Assembly: GCA_044220955.1 (NCBI GenBank)
Contig: JBGAQA010000013.1
Coordinates: 10,664-22,732 of the forward strand
Length of the DNA stretch: 12,069 nt
Direction: 5' to 3'
Source: Sandaracinaceae bacterium
Lineage (GTDB): Bacteria; Myxococcota_A; Polyangia; Polyangiales; Sandaracinaceae
The notes under the pieces: generated by a model
What the model was told of the DNA's origin: nothing
Database searches by the model: none
Seen by the model: only the letters and a program-made list of their open reading frames with translations
Program-made: the position numbers and the translations under genes
Part shown: piece after piece, positions 7,301-12,069 of the stretch
How the letters are laid out: each line of letters starts with the position of its first letter
Numbering within the stretch: the first letter of the stretch is position 1

Positions 7301-9728
7301 GCTCGACGCGAACAAGGACGACGTGGCGGCAGCGTCGGCGCTCCGGGCGATCTACTCGGGACGCGGCGACGCGCACGGCGCGGCCGAGCTGCTCGCGCGC
7401 GAGATCGAGGTCACGAGCGGCTCGGTCAGCAAGGCCAAGCTCTACGCCGAGCTCGGCGCGATCCGCCGCGACCGCCTCAAGGACGTCCCGGCGGCGAAGG
7501 AGGCATACAAGAAGGCACTCGAGCTCGACGGAACGAGCACGCCCGCCGCCCGCGGGCTCGGCGACATCGCGTTCGACGCGGAGGACTTCGCCGAGGCGGG
7601 CAAGCAGTACGAGCCCCTGCTCGCGCGCACGAGCGAGATGACGAAGGAAGATGCTCGCGAGGTCTCGCTCCGCGCGGGCGACGCGTTCCGCAAGGTCGCG
7701 TCGTTCGACAAGGCGCAGCGCGCCTACCTCAACGCCAAGGCGTTCGCTCCGAACGATCGCGAGGTCCTCGAGCGGCTCGCCGAGGTCACCTTCGAGTCCG
7801 GCGCGGCCGACGAGGCCGCCGAGATGTACCGCGACATCCTCAAGACGGTCGGCAAGGATCTGGTCGGGACCGATCGCGGCCGGATCGTGTACCGCGTCGG
7901 CGAGGCGCTCCGCCGCTCGAACCAGCTCGACGAGGCGCGCACCTCGCTCGAGGAGGCGGCGCAGCTGCTCCCGGGGCAGGGCGAGCCGCTCCACGCGCTC
8001 AAGCAAGTCTACGAGGCCAAGAGCGACTGGGAGAAGGTCGTCTCCACGCTCAAGCGCCGCATCGACGTCGCGCCGGACGAGGAGCGCATGAAGCTGCTCG
8101 TCGAGCAGGGCGACGTGCTCCTCACCAAGATCGCCGACAAGCAGCGCGCCGGAAAGGCGTACGTGGCCGCGCTGGAGATCAAGGCCGACGACCGCAACCT
8201 GCTGACGAAGCTCATGGCGGTCTACTCGGAGACCAAGGACTGGAGCAAGCTCGTCGAGGTCATCCTCCGCATCGCCGAGCTCGTCAGTGACAAGGTGCAG
8301 CTCGGCAAGTACTACAACACGGCGGCCGCCATCTCTCACCACGAGCTCGGCCGGCTCGACGAGGCTGCCGACTACTACGAGCAGGCGCTCGACATGCTGC
8401 CCTCGCTCGGCAAGGCCTTCGAGGGGCTCGTGCAGGCCCTCACGGCGAAGGCGGACTGGCCGCGTCTCGAGAAGGCGTACCGCGATCGCATCAAGCGGGT
8501 CGAGGCGATGAAGGAGGGCGAGGCCCCGGCGCCCAAGGACGTCGCGCACCTCTACGACTCGCTCGCCGAGGTGCTGCGGCACCGGCTCTCGCGGGCTTCC
8601 GACGCGGTCGAGGCCTACGAGAAGGCGCAGAAGCTCGATCCCGAGAACCGACGTCGCGCCGAGCAGCTCGCCGACATCTTCTCGGCCGAGCCGAAGAAGT
8701 ACTTCCAGAGTGCGGTGCGCGTGCACCACGAGCTGCTCGAGATGAGCCCGTACCGCATGGAGAGCTACCAGGCCCTTCGCAAGCTCTACACCGAGGCCAA
8801 GAAGCCCGACGAGAGCTGGTGCGTGTGCCAGACGCTCACCGCGCTGAAGAACGCCGAGCCGGACGAGGAGAGCTTCTTCAAGAAGCATCGCAAGCGCGCG
8901 CCGGCCGCGATCAAGAGCGAGCTCTCGGACGATCTCTGGGCCAAGCACGTCCAGCACCCGCTCCAGGACCCGCTCCTGACCGACATCTTCCACACGATCG
9001 CGCCGGCGATCGTCGCCGTGCGCGCGCAGCCGCTCTCGGCCTTCAAGCTCGACCGCGAGAAGCCGCGCGACGCAGAGCGTGATCCGGCCGACATGGCACG
9101 GACGCTCTGGTACGCGGGTGCGGCGACCCGCATCCCGCTGCCGCCGCTCTACTACCGCAACGACGATCCCGGTGGCCTCTCGTTCGTGTTCGCCGCGCCT
9201 CCTTCGATCGGGCTCGGCCGTGGAGCCCAGCAAGGCGGTCCTGCCCAGGCGCTCGCGTTCGTCGCGGGCCGCCACCTCACGTACCTGCGCGGAGGCCTCT
9301 ACCTCCGGCACCTCGTGCCGACGGGCTCCGGGCTCCGAGCCTGGCTGCTCGCCGCGATCAAGACCATGGTGCCGGCGTTCCCGGTCCCCGGAGATCTCTC
9401 CGGCGCGGTCAACGAGCACCAGGCGGCGTTCAAGGCGCATCTGCCGGGTCCCCAGCAGGACCAGCTCCGCAGCCAGGTGAATCGCCTGCTGCAGGCGGCT
9501 CCCGAGCTCGACCTGAAGAAGTGGACGGCCGCGGTCGACCTCACGGCCGATCGCGTCGGCTTCGTGCTCGCCAACGACCTCGAGATCGCGATGGCGCTCG
9601 TGCGCGCGAGCCCCGACGAGGCGTCGGCCGTGCCGCAGAAAGATCGCCTCAAGGAGCTCACGCTCTACAGCGTCAGCGAGAGCTACCTGCAGCTCCGACA
9701 CAAGCTCGGCATCGCGATCGGCGACTGA
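4380..9728 (+). CDS. Giant Ser/Thr (pseudo)kinase-TPR protein (~1782 aa) with helical N-terminal domain and degenerate M48-like C-terminal domain
   Basis: Kinase motifs VGEGGTGIVY, VALK, HGNVKMENV, DLG, FAPE, SDVYAVG, LTGKPPF; ~1000 aa of TPR-like repeats (e.g. YSQALQIDPQN, FEQVLAADPAH, YKKALELDG, YEKAQKLDPEN); C-terminal TADRVGFVLANDL and LYSVSESYLQLRHKLG as in myxobacterial AgmK-like TPR proteins. ATG 4380 is preferred over TTG 4278 on codon bias. No signal peptide or obvious TM segment. Confidence 0.95.
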   Translation: MTTTDILRGELERLFELEDMKALSSDLLGLAPDDVGGTSGKGAFARALVERCLADGAIVALADAMSFSKKGVKADIDLYTRAEDLAPGTTLGGFKIAKKVGEGGTGIVYLADGEGAGAPAGEKVALKVMRTTHARDRATVQRWSTAMRAAGRIDEPTLGRVVGVGRLEDGRPWAATRFVEGQSLGARIARTGPMHFNEARPILRGVLQALEALHARGLAHGNVKMENVFIVRPTAEGKMTNEPTGVLVDLGADRLLVRRPAATASESGVVPVAGSAKAFAPEQAKIGAATPSSDVYAVGALMFEVLTGKPPFAGSAIEVVAQHLTKEPDAPSSVAPRGWVSKEVDAIVLRALEKSPASRYGLATELREAIESIGRASIPPEARRKEALDQSAFDRAVDSLAADPGNEDLATALEKVAQPAEEWTKLAEKLREVSGLAEEKEAKKSLLFRAARILENDAKDDKGADECYREILEIDAEDDIARIGLEELKRRSGDAEGLVELLLEKAEREEVPHDRAVILREIAETYETGLKDDANAFVAWTQALTEDPRDERTAREIERLAAGKNERWNEAIQSLHESASATDDPTRKVAMFVLMGRWYGERIGRPDFALPCYSQALQIDPQNEGALDGSVELYRKAQSYPELVGLLLRRAEISTSPVRQRDFKAEAAEIVQRKLGDQARAADLFEQVLAADPAHPKATEALETIYAEKKQWPELAKLLEKKASSQRGAARIETLSAIAELYEDRLADPDRATAQYEAVIADDPRNIAALKGLERIYSQKGKYDDLLTNLRTQLETVATPRQRISILERIGGILEEEFVDHKRAAETFEEIVNIEPGHEGANTQLAHLYRKLQRFDDLAKTLERHGLGSTDEKRKISLLLQSARVLTVDVGAPQRAMQMAERVLGVEPKNSEALELLARLQHQTGDAKSAIDSVRKLAQAEGDAKRKAELLVRVAKMHEDAGDKDAAIAEYKAALDANKDDVAAASALRAIYSGRGDAHGAAELLAREIEVTSGSVSKAKLYAELGAIRRDRLKDVPAAKEAYKKALELDGTSTPAARGLGDIAFDAEDFAEAGKQYEPLLARTSEMTKEDAREVSLRAGDAFRKVASFDKAQRAYLNAKAFAPNDREVLERLAEVTFESGAADEAAEMYRDILKTVGKDLVGTDRGRIVYRVGEALRRSNQLDEARTSLEEAAQLLPGQGEPLHALKQVYEAKSDWEKVVSTLKRRIDVAPDEERMKLLVEQGDVLLTKIADKQRAGKAYVAALEIKADDRNLLTKLMAVYSETKDWSKLVEVILRIAELVSDKVQLGKYYNTAAAISHHELGRLDEAADYYEQALDMLPSLGKAFEGLVQALTAKADWPRLEKAYRDRIKRVEAMKEGEAPAPKDVAHLYDSLAEVLRHRLSRASDAVEAYEKAQKLDPENRRRAEQLADIFSAEPKKYFQSAVRVHHELLEMSPYRMESYQALRKLYTEAKKPDESWCVCQTLTALKNAEPDEESFFKKHRKRAPAAIKSELSDDLWAKHVQHPLQDPLLTDIFHTIAPAIVAVRAQPLSAFKLDREKPRDAERDPADMARTLWYAGAATRIPLPPLYYRNDDPGGLSFVFAAPPSIGLGRGAQQGGPAQALAFVAGRHLTYLRGGLYLRHLVPTGSGLRAWLLAAIKTMVPAFPVPGDLSGAVNEHQAAFKAHLPGPQQDQLRSQVNRLLQAAPELDLKKWTAAVDLTADRVGFVLANDLEIAMALVRASPDEASAVPQKDRLKELTLYSVSESYLQLRHKLGIAIGD

Positions 9729-9828
9729 AGCCGTCCGGATTCCGCTCTCACGGGATCGCGATCGAGAGACGTGATTCCCGCGACCCGACCCGCATACCAT
9801 GGGCAAACGGCCATCGGTGTCGCGGAAA

Positions 9829-9833
9829 GAGGT
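9829..9833 (+). promoter_or_regulatory. Shine-Dalgarno sequence for the lipoprotein gene
   Basis: GAGGT 7 nt upstream of ATG 9841. Confidence 0.65.
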
Positions 9834-9840
9834 GCGGGGC

Positions 9841-12069
9841 ATGATCCTCAGGAATCCGCTCGTTGTGTTCATCGCGCTCGGCGTCGGTCTCGGCGTCGCG
9901 GGCTGCTCGTGCGCGAACGCGGACATGCCCGTCGCCTCGGACACCGGTGTTCCCTTCGACGCGCCCCGGCCGTCCGACGCTGCCGTCGACTCGGCGCGGG
10001 ACGCCGGTGACGCGGGCGATGGGGCGATGGGCGGCGATGGCTCGGTCGGCAACGACGGATCGATGGGCGACGACGGATCGACGGGCGGCGACGCAGGCGC
10101 GGGCCGGCCTTGCACGACGAGCCCGGACTGCGAGGACGGCTTCAGCTGCACCGTCGACACCTGCTCGGCGGGCACGTGCAGCCGCACGATCTCGCCGACG
10201 GCCTGCTCGGACGATGCGTTCTTCTGCAACGGCGGCTCGGCGTGCGCGACGACCTCGCCGCTCGCCGACGCGACCACGGGCTGCGCGCCGACGCCCCCTC
10301 CGAGCTGTGACGACCACGCCTCCTGCACGAGCGACTCGTGCGACGAGTCGGCTCACGCGTGCATCAACACACCGTCGGCCACCGCATGCAGCGACGGGTC
10401 GTTCTGCAACGGCGACGAGCGCTGCGCGCCGGGCACCAGCGGGGCCGACGCCGCGAGCGGCTGCGTGGCCGGCACGGCGCCGAGCTGCGACGACGGGTTC
10501 TCGTGCACGAACGACGCATGCGACGCGACGACGGACGCGTGTGTCGCGACGCCGGTCGACGCGGTCTGCGGAGACGGCCTCGTCTGCGACGGGCTCGAGC
10601 GGTGCGCACCGACGCTGGCTGGAGCGGACGCGCGCGGCTGTGTCGGCGCGCCGATGCCGAGCTGTGACGACGGTGTGCCCTGCACGATGGACGCGTGCAG
10701 CGAGGCAGCAGGCGGATGCACGCACACGGCGAGCGACGCGTTCTGCGCAGACGGTGTGTTCTGCGACGGCGCCGAGCGCTGCGCACCCGGTGCGGGCGCC
10801 GACGCGCGCGGCTGCGTCGCGGGAGCGACCGTCGCCTGCCCGCCGGACGGCTTCAGCTGCACCACCGAGGCGTGCGACGAGAGCGCCCTCGCCTGCCGCT
10901 CGACGCCGAGCTCGGCGACCTGCGCCCCTGGCGCGGTTTGCACGGCGAACCCCGGCGATCCCGCGTCGGGCTGCACGCCGGGCCGCACGTGCACCACGAG
11001 CGCCGAGTGCGACGACGGCAACGTCTGCAACGGTGCGGAGAGCTGCGGCGGCGGGATCTGCCGCGCGGGCACCAACCTCGTCTGCGCCGACGCCGTCTCC
11101 TGCACCGTCGATTCGTGCGATCCGACGCTCGGCTGCCAGCACACGCCCAACGACACCGTCTGCGACGACCATCTGGTCTGCAACGGCATCGAGTCGTGCA
11201 GCGCGACGCTCGGCTGCCAGCCAGGCACGGCGCCCGTGTGCGGCGACGCGTTCGCGTGCACGGCGGACGCGTGCACCGAGGCGGCAGGAGGCTGTGTTCA
11301 CACACCGAACCACGCCGCGTGCTCGAACGCGACGTTCTGCGACGGCACCGAGCTCTGCGTGGTGGGGCTGGGATGCCAGGCGGGGTCGCCGCCGAGCTGC
11401 GCGGACGGGATCGCATGCACCGCCGACAGCTGCAGCGCGGTCACCGACAGCTGTGCTCACGCGCCGGTGAGCGCCGCCTGCGACAACGGCCAGTTCTGCG
11501 ATGGCGTGGAGACCTGCAGCGCGGCGGCGGGCTGCGTTCCCGGCACGCCCGTCAACTGCAACGACGGGCTCGCCTGCTCGGACGATGCGTGCGTCGAAGC
11601 GACCGACACGTGCAACCACAGCTACAACGCGGCCAACTGCGCCGCGGGTCAGGTGTGCACCGCGTCGGGGTGCGTGACGGGTCTGCCGTGCACCGGCCCG
11701 ACGGCGAGCGTCTGCGACGACGGCCAGTTCTGTAACGGCCTCGAGACGTGCAGCTCGACGACGACGACGCCGGGAACGTGCCAGGGCGGCACCGCTCCCA
11801 GCTGTGACGACGCGGCGGCGTGCAGCACCGATGTGTGCTCGAACGCGGCCGCGATGTGTACGTACACGGCGTGGGACCGAGACGTGGACGGCTTCCCGGA
11901 CGCGAGCTGCCTCGGCCTCGGCAACGACTGCAACGATCTCGACGCCAACGTCCACCCTGGCGTCGCCGAGCTCTGCGACGGCGTCGACCGGAACTGCGAC
12001 GGGATCGTGAACGCCGGTCGCCGTGGCGACGGGGCGTCGTGCACGCTCGGCTCGCAGTGTTGCAACGAC
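9841..12069 (+). CDS. Cys-rich repeat lipoprotein with MopE-related putative metal-binding motif; partial, continues beyond right edge (>743 aa)
   Basis: Manual translation, open to the end: MILRNPLVVFIALGVGLGVAG|CSC (lipobox VAGC, Cys22), DAG/DGS linker, alternating CDDGxxCTxDxC and CxDGxFC(N/D)GxExC repeats, then DRDVDGFPDASC...DCNDLDANVHPGVAELCDGVDRNCDG. Good SD. Missing from the ORF track because there is no stop codon in the window. Confidence 0.93.
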   Translation, partial: MILRNPLVVFIALGVGLGVAGCSCANADMPVASDTGVPFDAPRPSDAAVDSARDAGDAGDGAMGGDGSVGNDGSMGDDGSTGGDAGAGRPCTTSPDCEDGFSCTVDTCSAGTCSRTISPTACSDDAFFCNGGSACATTSPLADATTGCAPTPPPSCDDHASCTSDSCDESAHACINTPSATACSDGSFCNGDERCAPGTSGADAASGCVAGTAPSCDDGFSCTNDACDATTDACVATPVDAVCGDGLVCDGLERCAPTLAGADARGCVGAPMPSCDDGVPCTMDACSEAAGGCTHTASDAFCADGVFCDGAERCAPGAGADARGCVAGATVACPPDGFSCTTEACDESALACRSTPSSATCAPGAVCTANPGDPASGCTPGRTCTTSAECDDGNVCNGAESCGGGICRAGTNLVCADAVSCTVDSCDPTLGCQHTPNDTVCDDHLVCNGIESCSATLGCQPGTAPVCGDAFACTADACTEAAGGCVHTPNHAACSNATFCDGTELCVVGLGCQAGSPPSCADGIACTADSCSAVTDSCAHAPVSAACDNGQFCDGVETCSAAAGCVPGTPVNCNDGLACSDDACVEATDTCNHSYNAANCAAGQVCTASGCVTGLPCTGPTASVCDDGQFCNGLETCSSTTTTPGTCQGGTAPSCDDAAACSTDVCSNAAAMCTYTAWDRDVDGFPDASCLGLGNDCNDLDANVHPGVAELCDGVDRNCDGIVNAGRRGDGASCTLGSQCCND
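10018..10089 (+). repeat. Four 18-nt tandem repeats encoding DG(A/S)xGx hexapeptides in the lipoprotein linker
   Basis: GATGGGGCGATGGGCGGC / GATGGCTCGGTCGGCAAC / GACGGATCGATGGGCGAC / GACGGATCGACGGGCGGC = DGAMGG DGSVGN DGSMGD DGSTGG. Confidence 0.8.
10111..11862 (+). repeat. Alternating two-type Cys repeat array (10 A-type + 9 B-type modules)
   Basis: B-type module starts at 10204, 10387, 10567, 10744, 11008, 11161, 11320, 11479 and 11713, each followed by an A-type CxDxxxC(T/S)xDxC module; one A module precedes the first B. Confidence 0.88.
11875..12003 (+). other. MopE-related / putative metal-binding motif
   Basis: DRDVDGF...DCNDLDANVHPGVAELCDGVDRNCDG matches the DxDxDG...DCxDxxxxxxPxxxExCDxxDNxCDG motif common in myxobacterial surface proteins. 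Confidence 0.82.

Noticed and set aside
9745..9768. Hairpin/palindrome (CTCTC...GATCGCGATC...GAGAG) after the kinase stop as a terminator
   Set aside because: Imperfect stem and no U-tract.
9800..9835. GGCAAAC...GAAA resembling a c-di-GMP-I (GEMM) riboswitch
   Set aside because: Lacks the GNRA-capped stem directly after GGCAAAC and the following GGACGCAAA and second hairpin.
10111..11862. Periodic DNA as a CRISPR array or non-coding repeat
   Set aside because: Repeats are degenerate at synonymous positions and in frame; they are protein repeats, and no cas genes are present.
4338..11955. Long minus-strand ORFs 4338..6974, 7125..10328, 9748..11955, 10353..11276 and plus-strand 9863..11470, 10695..11735
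   Set aside because: Shadow frames of the kinase-TPR and lipoprotein genes; the real frames carry the motifs and GC3 bias.

Overview
Very GC-rich DNA that looks myxobacterial (MYXO-CTERM sorting signal, Cys-rich repeat lipoprotein, giant kinase-TPR protein; probably Polyangia/Sandaracinus-like, an inference). Six genes are supported. (1) The 5' end of a minus-strand gene starting with an MshEN-type c-di-GMP-binding motif (<1..104, absent from the ORF track). (2) Hsp33/hslO (241..1107). (3) A convergent secreted surface protein with a beta-rich head, disintegrin-like and Dictyostelium-type Cys repeats and a MYXO-CTERM tail (1059..2798, minus). (4) A divergent secreted trypsin-like domain lacking the catalytic His, fused to a small outer-membrane beta-barrel-like domain and interrupted by a +1 frameshift near 3715 (2881..4183). 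(5) A ~1782-aa cytoplasmic protein with an EAD/death-like helical N-terminus, a Ser/Thr kinase domain with HRD->HGN, a long TPR solenoid and a degenerate M48-peptidase-like C-terminus (4380..9728). (6) A Cys-rich lipoprotein with hierarchical repeats and a MopE-like metal-binding motif running off the window (9841..>12069, absent from the ORF track). The most striking pattern is three apparently catalytically dead enzyme folds in two adjacent co-oriented genes, flanked by two Cys-rich cell-surface proteins. No rRNA, tRNA, CRISPR or mobile element was seen.
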